Positions 44,558-53,510 of a DNA stretch of 64,000 bases are shown in pieces. The DNA lies in IMG/VR virus record IMGVR_UViG_3300025916_000008, positions 40,845 through 104,844 of that record; one strand, written 5' to 3'. Made by a program: the position numbers and the translations under genes. Origin of the DNA: a virus (taxonomy: Duplodnaviria > Heunggongvirae > Uroviricota > Caudoviricetes). The stretch's first letter is position 1; every line of letters begins with the position of its first letter. A model generated the notes under the pieces. It was given only the letters and a program-made list of their open reading frames with translations. It was not told where the DNA came from and did not search any database.

Positions 44558-45124
44558 ATGGCCAGGGGGAAGCGCCGCTACGGGCGCAAGCTGAGCCGCT
44601 GGGGCCTCCCGGCGGCTACAGTCTTCACCCTGTGGCTGGCCGACAACGACCCGTTCGGGCCGTCCGGCCTCCTGGCATTCCTCGGGCTGGCCCTGCTGCT
44701 GTCCGTCTTCTGGCCGGTCGCCCTGATCATGCTCGTGCAAGCCCCAGGCAGCCTTGTGCCGAACTCCTGGCGCATCTGGTGGCGCGGCGGTGACCCGGGC
44801 AGGCCGCACATCCCCAACTGGCTCAGGCGGGCCGTGTACGCCGCCGACGGGCGGCGCTGCTGCTACTGCGGCTACGCCGGCTCCCTCCAGCTCGACCACG
44901 TGCGCCCCTGGTCGCGCGGCGGGCGCTCCTCGCTGTGGAACCTGATGACGCTGTGCGAGCCGTGCAACCTGGTCAAGTCGAACTACTGGCAGGACCGGGA
45001 CTACCGCTGGTACCGGCCGTTTGCCGGGCACGACAACATCCGCACGGCGGCGGCCATCCTCTCGTTCGAGCGCAGGCACCGCTGGAGCCCTCTGCGTCTC
45101 ATTCGGGCAGCAATGGCACTTTAA
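44558..45124 (+). CDS. HNH endonuclease with N-terminal membrane-anchor region
   Basis: CCYCGYAGSLQLDHVRPWSRGG...NLMTLCEPCNLVKSN is a canonical HNH motif (C-x2-C...DH...N...C-x2-C-N). Confidence 0.75.
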   Translation: MARGKRRYGRKLSRWGLPAATVFTLWLADNDPFGPSGLLAFLGLALLLSVFWPVALIMLVQAPGSLVPNSWRIWWRGGDPGRPHIPNWLRRAVYAADGRRCCYCGYAGSLQLDHVRPWSRGGRSSLWNLMTLCEPCNLVKSNYWQDRDYRWYRPFAGHDNIRTAAAILSFERRHRWSPLRLIRAAMAL

Positions 45125-45191
45125 GGCTGCGGGGCAACGCGCTCCCGTACTATCTTTCCCTGGTAATCCTGACCCAGGAAGGAAGTTTGCC

Positions 45192-46184
45192 TTGAAGCTA
45201 AAGCCAAGGTTTGCCCTGCCGGCCGCGTTGCTGCTGGCCGTAGGGATCGGGGCGGGTGCCTTCGCGGCGACCAGCGCCCCGGTCGTTAACCCCAACGTCG
45301 ACACCGTGGGCATCGTGGGCTACTCAGCCCTCCAGAACGGCAACGACACCTACTTCACCCACATGGGCGGCCAGTTCGGGCTCGGTGACCCGCAGTACAA
45401 CGTGGACAACCCGCAGATCCCGTTCCACCCGTTCATCGGCTCGCTGGTGGACAGCCTGTCCGGTCACTCCTGGACCAGATTCACCAACCCGCTCGGGATC
45501 ACCGTCTCGGCGGCCCGCGAGCAGCTCTGCGGCGGCTTGCACTCCTTCGACCGTGGCAAGGCGATCGAGGAGGTGATCGTCCCCGACTCCGCCACCACGG
45601 TCGCGGTCGTGGCGATCGTCGGCCAGTACGCCCCCAACGGCGGCGACCCGTGCATGTCGGCCGTCCTCCCCTCCGGCGTGGCCGAGGCCGTCCTGAAGCA
45701 CATCCCTGACCGCGACACCATCAAGCTGGACCTGCTGTTCGACGGCGAGCACGCGCACAACGGCACCACGGCCGGGAACGCCTCGTTCATCGCCACCGAC
45801 CTGAGCCACCCCACGGCGAACCAGGTGAACACCGACACCCCGGTCTTCGGCGGCGAGAGCATGGACGCGACCAGCGAGTTCTACGAGGCCCAGAACGGGC
45901 TGATCGGCGTCAAGGGCGGCACCCCCACCGCCAGCCTCCCGTCGGAGATCGTGCCTGACGTGAACTTCCCGGGGCTGGTGGCCAAGGAGGCGCACGGCGC
46001 GCTCAACGGCAACAGCCTCAACGGCGAGGTCTTCGGGTCCTTCCAGTCTGGTCAGGCCTGGACCGTGACCCCGGACGTGACCGAGCAGGGCGGCAACGTC
46101 ATCACCGGGGCCGTCTCCCAGTACCGGAGCGACCACTTCTCGATGTATACGGCTCCGGGCGTTTTCCCGGCAGCCCTGAGCTAG
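45192..46184 (+). CDS. secreted protein (signal peptide, 330 aa)
   Basis: TTG start at 45192 after an AGGAAGG; KLKPRFALPAALLLAVGIGAGAFAA signal peptide; lower-GC upstream spacer. Confidence 0.5.
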   Translation: MKLKPRFALPAALLLAVGIGAGAFAATSAPVVNPNVDTVGIVGYSALQNGNDTYFTHMGGQFGLGDPQYNVDNPQIPFHPFIGSLVDSLSGHSWTRFTNPLGITVSAAREQLCGGLHSFDRGKAIEEVIVPDSATTVAVVAIVGQYAPNGGDPCMSAVLPSGVAEAVLKHIPDRDTIKLDLLFDGEHAHNGTTAGNASFIATDLSHPTANQVNTDTPVFGGESMDATSEFYEAQNGLIGVKGGTPTASLPSEIVPDVNFPGLVAKEAHGALNGNSLNGEVFGSFQSGQAWTVTPDVTEQGGNVITGAVSQYRSDHFSMYTAPGVFPAALS

Positions 46185-46221
46185 TTCCAGTAGGCTGGGC
46201 CTGCCGCAAATGGTCCGTTAA

Positions 46222-46253
46222 GAGGCCCCCTCCCACCGCCGGGAGGGGGCCTC
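46222..46253 (+). terminator. terminator hairpin
   Basis: Perfect 13-bp stem gaggccccctccc / gggagggggcctc with loop accgcc. Confidence 0.6.
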
Positions 46254-46277
46254 GCGGCTTCCCGGGGTCCTTGTGCG

Positions 46278-46296
46278 AATACAGCTTTTCTTGATA
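46278..46296 (+). promoter_or_regulatory. 19-bp motif copy, perfect consensus
   Basis: Terminator 46222-46253 upstream; leader with CCAGGAGGG SD downstream. Confidence 0.75.
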
Positions 46297-46339
46297 TCCT
46301 CCTGGTGCAGAGAACAAGACGCCGAGCCAGGAGGGCATC

Positions 46340-46819
46340 ATGAGGTACTTCGCGCTGGTAGGGACCGACGACAGCGTGGTCGCAGGCGAGGTCTGCGACC
46401 TGATCATCGTGGACGAGGACTCCCCCGGCGCGTCCGGGCTATCGCTTCCGCTGTTCGTCAAGGTCACCGACCCCGACAAGCTGGGCAAGGCCCAGGCCGC
46501 CGCCGAGGGCGTGCTCCGTGAGCTGGACTGGCGCGTCACCGGGCCATGGGAGATCGCCGACACGCACCTGCGCGCCCCGGTGGAGATGAGGGGGCCAGGT
46601 ACGGCCGGGGCAGCGCCGCGCGAGGCCGACGAGTGGCCCGCCGGGAAGTCCTTCGGCGAGCTGAGCCCGGGGCAGAAGGTCGTCCAGGCGAGGAAGGCCG
46701 GGCGGAGGCTGGAGGCGGAGCTGAACTCCCCTGCGGTGCAGGCCGCGATCAGCGCGCTCCTGGACTCGGACCTGGACGAGCAGGACGCGGCAGCCGTCGA
46801 GCGGCACCTCGGCCTGTAG
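46340..46819 (+). CDS. hypothetical protein
   Basis: ATG at 46340 after terminator + motif + leader. Confidence 0.5.
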   Translation: MRYFALVGTDDSVVAGEVCDLIIVDEDSPGASGLSLPLFVKVTDPDKLGKAQAAAEGVLRELDWRVTGPWEIADTHLRAPVEMRGPGTAGAAPREADEWPAGKSFGELSPGQKVVQARKAGRRLEAELNSPAVQAAISALLDSDLDEQDAAAVERHLGL

Positions 46820-46826
46820 CCGGAAG

Positions 46827-46862
46827 CAAGAGCCCGGACCGGACAGTCGGTCCGGGCTCTTG
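46827..46862 (+). terminator. terminator hairpin
   Basis: Perfect 15-bp stem caagagcccggaccg / cggtccgggctcttg with loop gacagt. Confidence 0.65.
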
Positions 46863-46866
46863 CGTG

Positions 46867-46885
46867 AATACAGCTTTTCTTGATA
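46867..46885 (+). promoter_or_regulatory. 19-bp motif copy, perfect consensus
   Basis: 15-bp-stem terminator 46827-46862 immediately upstream. Confidence 0.75.
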
Positions 46886-46924
46886 TTCTCCTAGTGCAAG
46901 GACACGAGCAGCCAGGAGGACGCC

Positions 46925-47443
46925 ATGAGCAGGACCAAGCGCCAGTTCGCCGCCTACGTGCGCTCAACCGGGGCCAGCCCCGAGATCGAGATCACCGTCG
47001 AGCACTCCAGCGAGAAGTACGACCTCGTGGGCGTCGTGCTCGACCAGCAGAACCAGATTCACCCCGTCGCCTACGGCGTCTCGCGCAACTCGGTCGTCTC
47101 GCGCACCCGGACCATCTGCCGCAAGCAGGGCTACTGGTACAGCACCCACGACGTGTTCATCAACACCTGCGTCGCCACCCTGTGGGAGGTCACCGCCCCC
47201 GTCGTGCGCGAGTACTTCGGCAGCCACAAGGTGGTCATCACCCAGGGCTTCCTCCCCGGCTCCGGCTGGGTCGACCTGAGGATCGGCGAGCACGGCCGCA
47301 AGGCAGGCAAGGGCCGCATCCGGGCGCTGCTCCGCGAGGGCTACACCGCGCTCGGCTTCAGCCAGGGCGGCCGGACCGCCGACTTCCAGGCAGACGAGCT
47401 GGTCAAGTCGATGAACCTCCGGCCGAAGGCCCAGCCGTGCTAG
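46925..47443 (+). CDS. hypothetical protein
   Basis: ATG at 46925 after terminator + motif + leader. Confidence 0.5.
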   Translation: MSRTKRQFAAYVRSTGASPEIEITVEHSSEKYDLVGVVLDQQNQIHPVAYGVSRNSVVSRTRTICRKQGYWYSTHDVFINTCVATLWEVTAPVVREYFGSHKVVITQGFLPGSGWVDLRIGEHGRKAGKGRIRALLREGYTALGFSQGGRTADFQADELVKSMNLRPKAQPC

Positions 47444-47763
47444 AGCGCCAGCGGTACAAGCGCGACAGCGGCATCTCCCTCGTCCTGCTGGGCGAGGGAG
47501 GCGCGGTCGCCCTGGAGTCCTGGACCGACCCGGACGGGGACCCTCACGGGGTCATCGTGCTCCACCAGAAGGCCGAGGCAGGCGACAGCCGACCGGCCGG
47601 AGCGTGCGAGTACATCCCCGGCGGCCGGTGCCTCCCTGACGAGTCCTACATCGCCGGCCACGAGCTGGCCCCCGACGTCCTGGCCGGCTACGAGGAGCGC
47701 GCCTGGGTCGAGCTGTACCAGTGGTTCACCAGCCGCCTCGGCGGCGGAGAGGAACAGGAGTGA
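47437..47763 (+). CDS. hypothetical protein
   Basis: GTG at 47437 (residue 298 of ORF 46546-47763). Confidence 0.4.
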   Translation: MLERQRYKRDSGISLVLLGEGGAVALESWTDPDGDPHGVIVLHQKAEAGDSRPAGACEYIPGGRCLPDESYIAGHELAPDVLAGYEERAWVELYQWFTSRLGGGEEQE

Positions 47764-48140
47764 GCACGGACGAAAACACGCTCCCCGGCGCGGACCCCGC
47801 ACCGGGTCCGGACGCGGTGTTCGAGTGGATGTCCGCAGTCATCGCGGTAGCCGCCCGCCGGCTCGGCGTCCCCGCCGTGCCGAGCGAGGTGACCAGCGAG
47901 GAGCGCCGCCACCATGCCTTCTGGGAGTGGCCCACGGCCGGGCGGAGCGTCACCCTCGTGGAGACGCTCCCCCACCGACGGCAGATCCTCGGCGTCCGCA
48001 GCAACGGCACGACCGCCTGGTACGAGGGGCGGGCGCTGCGGTGGTTCCCCGGCATGGAGAACATGATCCTGCGCGACCTGGGAGTGCCCGTGCTGCGACT
48101 GGGAAGCCCGGACACCCCGGGGTACCCGCCGCTACCATAA
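47760..48140 (+). CDS. hypothetical protein (last gene of rightward block)
   Basis: GTG at 47760 (GTGA); followed by a bidirectional terminator. Confidence 0.4.
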   Translation: MSTDENTLPGADPAPGPDAVFEWMSAVIAVAARRLGVPAVPSEVTSEERRHHAFWEWPTAGRSVTLVETLPHRRQILGVRSNGTTAWYEGRALRWFPGMENMILRDLGVPVLRLGSPDTPGYPPLP

Positions 48141-48187
48141 GGCGAGGGGCGCACTCCCCCCAGATCTTCCCGCGCCCCGGCAGCACG

Positions 48188-48220
48188 GAGCCCGTCACGA
48201 ACCACAGCCGTGACGGGCTC
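48188..48220. terminator. bidirectional rho-independent-type terminator at convergence of rightward and leftward blocks
   Basis: Perfect 12-bp stem gagcccgtcacg / cgtgacgggctc with a 9-nt loop; cgccgtttct follows on the plus strand. Confidence 0.6.
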
Positions 48221-48228
48221 CGCCGTTT

Positions 48229-49230
48229 CTACAGGGCCAGCAGCGGGGCCAGCTCAGCCAGCTCCCCCGCGCCCGCCGCGCCTCCCGTAGCCTCTCCCGC
48301 CCCGGCACCCGCGCCGCCCGGCAGCATCGAGCGCAGCCCCTGGCCCGCCAGCATGTCCTTGACGGCTCCCCCGTGCCCGCCGCCGCTGCCGCCGTCCCCG
48401 CCGGAGCCGCCGCCGCCCATCGGGGCGTTGCTGATCGCCGAGTCGGAGAGGTCAGCCTCGCGCAGGTAGCCCGACACCACCTTGCGGGCCACCCGCTCGC
48501 ACTCCTCGCGGGGCAGCCCCGGGTTGGCCTGGGCGATGGCCGCCGTCGCCTGGAGGACCCTGGAGCGCACCGGGTCGCGGCTGGAGGTGACCTGGCCGAC
48601 AGGGGCGGCCGACCCGCCCGGCATGCCGGCGGGGATGCTGGGGGTCATCCCGCCGCTGCCGGGGGAGGCCACGCCGATGTCCAGGGAGCCGTCCCCGGTG
48701 CCCAGGTCCGGCGGGGTGTACTGGTTCGTCATCATCCCCTGCGGGCTGGCGTCCGCCGTCCTGCGCAGCGACCCGGTGGCCTCCTGGACCGGGGCGGCGG
48801 CCTCCGGGCGGGGGCGGGTCACCTGCGGGCTGGGGCCGGACAGGGGACCGGGCGGCACCTCGGAGTAGGACCCGCTGAAGTCCGGCCCCTCGCTGTGCTG
48901 GTCGGGCTTCTCCCCACCGCCGCCCTCCCCGCCGTTCAGCAGCGGGATCAGCGACACCAGCGGGTCGGTGCCCTCCGCGAGCGCCTCCCGGTACAGGGCG
49001 TACCGCTGGGTGGCCACCTCGGTCATCGACCCGGCCTCAAGCCCGTGGCGGGCCTCCACCGTGGCGAGGGACTCCCCGGCCACTGCCAGGCGGTGGAAGA
49101 ACTCCTGGTCCGAGCGGGCCGCGTACAGGAACGGCAGGATGCCCTCCAGGTCGGCGTCCGCCCTGGCGAGCGCCGCCTGGCGGGCGATGCCCTCGTGGTC
49201 GTCCGAGGCGATCGTCCACAGGTCGTCCAT
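48229..49230 (-). CDS. Gly/Pro/Ser-rich hypothetical protein (333 aa)
   Basis: ORF; TGATG-coupled to the upstream 902-aa gene. Confidence 0.5.
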   Translation of the reverse strand: MDDLWTIASDDHEGIARQAALARADADLEGILPFLYAARSDQEFFHRLAVAGESLATVEARHGLEAGSMTEVATQRYALYREALAEGTDPLVSLIPLLNGGEGGGGEKPDQHSEGPDFSGSYSEVPPGPLSGPSPQVTRPRPEAAAPVQEATGSLRRTADASPQGMMTNQYTPPDLGTGDGSLDIGVASPGSGGMTPSIPAGMPGGSAAPVGQVTSSRDPVRSRVLQATAAIAQANPGLPREECERVARKVVSGYLREADLSDSAISNAPMGGGGSGGDGGSGGGHGGAVKDMLAGQGLRSMLPGGAGAGAGEATGGAAGAGELAELAPLLAL

Positions 49231-51938
49231 CAGTAACCCCCTGGCTCGTGGTGGTGCGGGACCGAGCGGGCCACCACGTCGGGGTGGTCGCGGTACTGGC
49301 CGTAGTGCATCTCGTTGTGCAGCCCCTGGAGGAAGGCGGAGCCCGGCTGCTTGGTGCTGTCCGGGCTGTGAGTCACGCCGTGGTGCATCATCATGTGCTC
49401 GTACAGCTCAGGGGCGCTGCGGGGCGGGTCGACGTACTCGGGCACGGACCCGGAGGCGTCCCCGGTGCGGGGGTCCTCCCAGTCGTCTTCGTCATCGTCG
49501 CCGTCGCCGGCGTACCACTCTGCGGTCACCCTTGCGAGGTTAGCCGCCACGCGGCCCCTGAAAGCCTCCAGGAGCGCCGTGCGCCCCTGGCCCGGCGGGT
49601 AGGCGTCCGTGTTGCTGTAGCCGCTAGAGTCGGCCTTGTTGGGCGCTACGGGGGCCAGCACGGCGTTCTCCGGGTGGTTGCCGGAGAAGGTGTTGGTGAA
49701 CGGACCGTCCGGCTGCGCGGGCTCCTGGGGCTTGCCCATCACGTCGTCGGGCACCACCGGCCCGCCGGGGAGCGGCGGGGCACCCTGGTACGGCGGCGCT
49801 CCCCCGGGCGCGGCGGGCATCGACAGGCCGCCCATCGGCGGCGGGGTGCCCGGCCCGTTCAGCGGCGTCGACCCCATCGGGTCGGCGGAGGACCCCGGCC
49901 CGTCGGTGATCAGGTCCGTGGAGACGCCCGCCTCGCGGGTCAGGTAGACGTTCCTCGACCCGTGCTTGCGGGTGAACGAGTGGTGCAGGCTGATACGCCG
50001 TCCCAGCGCAGGGTGGTCGCCGGACCTCAGCCAGTGGGCGGTGATCCACTCCCCGTGCATTTCGGGCCGGTCGGTGACGCCCGCGTACAGGCCGGCCTCG
50101 AACCTCGCCGACCCGGTGGAGACCAGCCGCTGGCCCGGCTGCCACTTGCTGGCGAACAGGTAGCCCTTGCGGAACTCCGGGTCGGCCATCAGGGAATCAG
50201 GGGCGAAAACCGCCGAAACCCGGCGAAGCCCGGCAACATGCCGCGAGGCACGCGCCACCTGGAAGGACTGCGCCGCCTGCTGGGCGTTCACCGCCTGGCC
50301 GGAGTCGCCGCCCATCGACAGGGGCACGTCCTGCTGCCCCTGCGGGCTCTGCGCCGCCCCGTAGCCCTCGGCATAGCCCTTCACGTACGGGCTGACCCCC
50401 GAGGAGTTGTCCGCGAACAGCGGGCGCTCCCCCGCCGATCGGTCGGACCGGCCCGCCGCCTGCCCGGCCGCGAAGTCGGAGGCCTCCGGGGAGGCGTTCT
50501 GCGACCACGGGTCCGGGGAGGTCTCCGCCGAGTTGTACGGCGGGTTGATGTCGTCGGTGCTCTGGTGCGGCTGGCTCCAGGTGTCGGCCTGCCGGGTGAT
50601 CGCGGCGGTGACCTGGCCCCCGTCGTCGGCGCGGGGCTGCGTGCGGCCCTGGGCGTACCCCTGGGCGTAGGCCGCCAGGTAGTGAGGGTGCAGGTCGGGC
50701 CGGCCGGTCGCCCTCGCGTACTCGGCCTTGCTCAGGGCAGGGCGGCCGGTCAGCCCGTGCGTCAGGCCGGCCAGGTTGTTCCACGCGCGCAGGTACTTGC
50801 CGTGCTGGATCTTGTTGGACCCGAAGTCGTCCTGGTGGCGGGCACCGCGCCCGTTGGCGGCGTCCGCCTCCCCCAGCGCCTCGGCGTGCCCACGGTCCAT
50901 CGCCAGCGCGATGCACCGGACCAGCGCGCCCTTGGTCACCCAGCCGAACACCGGGTCGTACTCGGTCTGCTCCTCCGGGGGACGGCCGCCGCGCGAGGGG
51001 TTGGTGAATCCCTCGCCGTAGGGGTCGTAGTGGGTGCCCTCGTCGCTGAGCCCTGACTCGGTGCCCGGGTCGAGGCCCCGGGCGAAGGAGGGAGCCTCCC
51101 GCCGGGGGGCGGACGGCTCGTAGCTGCGGGTCGGCCGGGGCTGCCGGGGGCGCTGCGGCCGTGCCTGGCCGGGCTCGTCACCGTGTACCCACTTGTGGAA
51201 GCGGTCGGAGTCGAAGTTGCGGTTGCCGTTGGGGGTGAAGCCCGCTCCGGCGTGCATCGTATCGGCGATGGCCGGGTAGACGTGGTGCTGGAAGTCCTCC
51301 TCCGACACCTCGCCCCGGTGCCGGACGTTGCGGAGCATGTCGGCGACTGCCTGGTAGTGACCGCGCGAGTAGCTGGTCTGCCGCCCACGGCTGCGCCAGG
51401 AGTAACCGGACGGGTCGGTGGCGGCGCGCTCGAACAGGTCCCGGTCCACCCCTCCCATGCCGCTGGTCGCCTGCGGCAGGTCACGGGCGAAGGAGCGGGC
51501 CACCGGGCCGCGCACGTGCTCGGGCATCCCGGAGATCGCCGAGGCGAGGTCCTCGTAGTGACGGCGGCCCCAGGCGACGGCCTCCACCTGGAAGGCCCCT
51601 GTGCGCGGCTGCGGGCCGCCCGGACCCGTCGACCACTGCTGCCCGAAGGTGGAGGACGGGGCGTTGTCGCCGAGCGGGAACGCCACTCCCTCGGGGAGGT
51701 CGTCGTCCTGGGGGACGGGCTGGTTGTTGGGGTCGACGACCTGCTGGATCTGCGGCAGGCCGGAGGCGGCGGTGCGCGCCATGCCCTCCACCTGGTGCTT
51801 GATCTCGCCGCAGTAGGCGTCGGGGTCGCGCTTGTCCGAGTTCTCGCTGGTGCAGTCGCTGAAGTCCTCGTACCCGGCGAAGGGCGCGCCCTTGCGCATC
51901 GCCAGGAAGTGGCCCGGCGGCAGGAAGCTGGTCGTCAC
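49230..51938 (-). CDS. large (902 aa) low-complexity His/Asp/Pro-rich protein, paralogous region with next gene
   Basis: Shares SGLPQIQQVVDPNNQPVP with SGLPQIDQTIDPNNAPAP of gene 51948-53510; possible virion internal protein. Confidence 0.55.
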   Translation of the reverse strand: MTTSFLPPGHFLAMRKGAPFAGYEDFSDCTSENSDKRDPDAYCGEIKHQVEGMARTAASGLPQIQQVVDPNNQPVPQDDDLPEGVAFPLGDNAPSSTFGQQWSTGPGGPQPRTGAFQVEAVAWGRRHYEDLASAISGMPEHVRGPVARSFARDLPQATSGMGGVDRDLFERAATDPSGYSWRSRGRQTSYSRGHYQAVADMLRNVRHRGEVSEEDFQHHVYPAIADTMHAGAGFTPNGNRNFDSDRFHKWVHGDEPGQARPQRPRQPRPTRSYEPSAPRREAPSFARGLDPGTESGLSDEGTHYDPYGEGFTNPSRGGRPPEEQTEYDPVFGWVTKGALVRCIALAMDRGHAEALGEADAANGRGARHQDDFGSNKIQHGKYLRAWNNLAGLTHGLTGRPALSKAEYARATGRPDLHPHYLAAYAQGYAQGRTQPRADDGGQVTAAITRQADTWSQPHQSTDDINPPYNSAETSPDPWSQNASPEASDFAAGQAAGRSDRSAGERPLFADNSSGVSPYVKGYAEGYGAAQSPQGQQDVPLSMGGDSGQAVNAQQAAQSFQVARASRHVAGLRRVSAVFAPDSLMADPEFRKGYLFASKWQPGQRLVSTGSARFEAGLYAGVTDRPEMHGEWITAHWLRSGDHPALGRRISLHHSFTRKHGSRNVYLTREAGVSTDLITDGPGSSADPMGSTPLNGPGTPPPMGGLSMPAAPGGAPPYQGAPPLPGGPVVPDDVMGKPQEPAQPDGPFTNTFSGNHPENAVLAPVAPNKADSSGYSNTDAYPPGQGRTALLEAFRGRVAANLARVTAEWYAGDGDDDEDDWEDPRTGDASGSVPEYVDPPRSAPELYEHMMMHHGVTHSPDSTKQPGSAFLQGLHNEMHYGQYRDHPDVVARSVPHHHEPGGY

Positions 51939-51947
51939 GTTCCCCTC

Positions 51948-53510
51948 CTACTTGCCGACGGGGGCGACGTGGTACTCCCTCGCCATCTCGTTGATGTAGT
52001 TGACCACCTTGTCGTGCGGCTCGTTCGTCCGGCCGATGTCGTGCTTGGCGTTCCTCACGTCGGCAGCGCTGCCGACCGGGAACTTGTCGCCGGGACCGGG
52101 CAGGTGGTGAGGCGCGCTCTCCCGCTCGTGCTCGGTGACGCCGCCCGCCGCCAGTCCCCTGGCCCCTGTCCGGGCGTGGCCCCTCGGGTGCTTGGCGCAC
52201 GCGCAGTCCGGGTTGGTGCAGTCACCGCAGGGAACCCCCTTGCAGGCGGTGCAGGACATCTCGGCGAGGACCGGGCGCACCACGGCCATGAACCCGTGCA
52301 GCACGGCGGTGTCGTCCAGGGTGCGGTCGCTGCTCCCCCAGGCGGCGGTGAAGCGGTTGTGCGCCTCGCCAAGCTCGGCGGCCGAGTGAGACGCGGTGAT
52401 CGCCCGCAGGCCCTCCCGGACGCCTACCGCCTCGCACTGGGCGGCGCGGCGCGCCTGGTCGATGTCCATCGTGTAGCCGACGGCCACCGAGGCGGTGTGG
52501 GAGAAGTCGCCGCACGCCTCGTCCGGCCAGTGGGCCGAGCCGCACTTCTGGTGGAACGGGTGCATCACCTCGGCGCTCGCCATCCCCCAGCGGTACCCGA
52601 ACGGGTCGGGGGCGGAGTAGCCGGCGACGGCCTGCCGGCGGTCGGCCCCGGCGTCCTGCATGGTGCCGGCCACCGGGTTGGGGTGGCTGGAGGCCATCGA
52701 GTCGGTCGCGGCCGGGGTGGTCGGCAGGGTGCCGGGCGGTCCCAGCGGCACCTCCGCGTAGCTGTCGGCCGTGTCGAACATGGTGGTGTGGCTGTCCGGG
52801 CGCTCCGGGCCGGTGCCGAAGCCGGAGCCGCCGTTCTGCTGCTGCATCACCTGCTGGATCAGCGGGGCTCGCTGGGAGGAGGCCTGCGAGTCGTGGTCGA
52901 ACCCCTCCACCTGGTTGAACGGGTCCTGGTCCGCGCCGAAGGTGGGGAACACCTCGGTGGGGTACGGCGTCGGCGCGGGGGCGTTGTTCGGGTCGATCGT
53001 CTGGTCGATCTGCGGCAGGCCGCTGGCTCCCTCGCGGGCGTCCAGGTAGGAGACCACCGAGATGAACTCGTCGGCCGCCTGGCCTGACCGGCTGCCGTAG
53101 GCGGAGGCGAGGGTGCGTGCCCGGCCGTACGCCTGGGCGGCCAGCTCCTCGCGGTCAGCGCGCAGCTCGGGGGGCAGGCCCCGGTACCAGGTGGACGCCT
53201 CGGCGATCATCGCGGTGCGGTAGTCCAGGGAAGGCTCCCGGACCTCGGCCAGCCAGTCGGTGGCGGCGGTGTGGTGCTCGTGGACGGGGACCGGGGTGAG
53301 GCGCTGGCCGGCGATGCGCGCCCCCAGGTCGGTCTCCCGGTCCAGGGCGGCCCGGTGGCGCTGGCTGCTGTCGAAGTCCTCCAGGGCGGCGATGGCCCGC
53401 GCCAGGGGCTGCCCTCCTGCGTCCGATGCCTCGCGGATCGTCCGCATGAGGTCGCTGCGGTCTGTCATGAGCCCTCCCGTGGGTTCCTGCCCCTTCTGCG
53501 GCCAGGTCAC
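51948..53510 (-). CDS. 520-aa protein with C-terminal Cys-rich region, N-terminal paralog of the 902-aa protein
   Basis: ORF; Cys cluster CTACKGVPCGDCTNPDCAC. Confidence 0.55.
   Translation of the reverse strand: MTWPQKGQEPTGGLMTDRSDLMRTIREASDAGGQPLARAIAALEDFDSSQRHRAALDRETDLGARIAGQRLTPVPVHEHHTAATDWLAEVREPSLDYRTAMIAEASTWYRGLPPELRADREELAAQAYGRARTLASAYGSRSGQAADEFISVVSYLDAREGASGLPQIDQTIDPNNAPAPTPYPTEVFPTFGADQDPFNQVEGFDHDSQASSQRAPLIQQVMQQQNGGSGFGTGPERPDSHTTMFDTADSYAEVPLGPPGTLPTTPAATDSMASSHPNPVAGTMQDAGADRRQAVAGYSAPDPFGYRWGMASAEVMHPFHQKCGSAHWPDEACGDFSHTASVAVGYTMDIDQARRAAQCEAVGVREGLRAITASHSAAELGEAHNRFTAAWGSSDRTLDDTAVLHGFMAVVRPVLAEMSCTACKGVPCGDCTNPDCACAKHPRGHARTGARGLAAGGVTEHERESAPHHLPGPGDKFPVGSAADVRNAKHDIGRTNEPHDKVVNYINEMAREYHVAPVGK

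Noticed and set aside
4330-46967. Several listed ORFs ending or starting with ...LSRKAVF / ...SRKAVS
   Set aside because: These peptides are simply translations of the 19-bp motif in one frame. The ORFs (e.g. 4330-4674, 40865-41569, 42412-42993, 46749-46967) are artefacts of reading through the motif.
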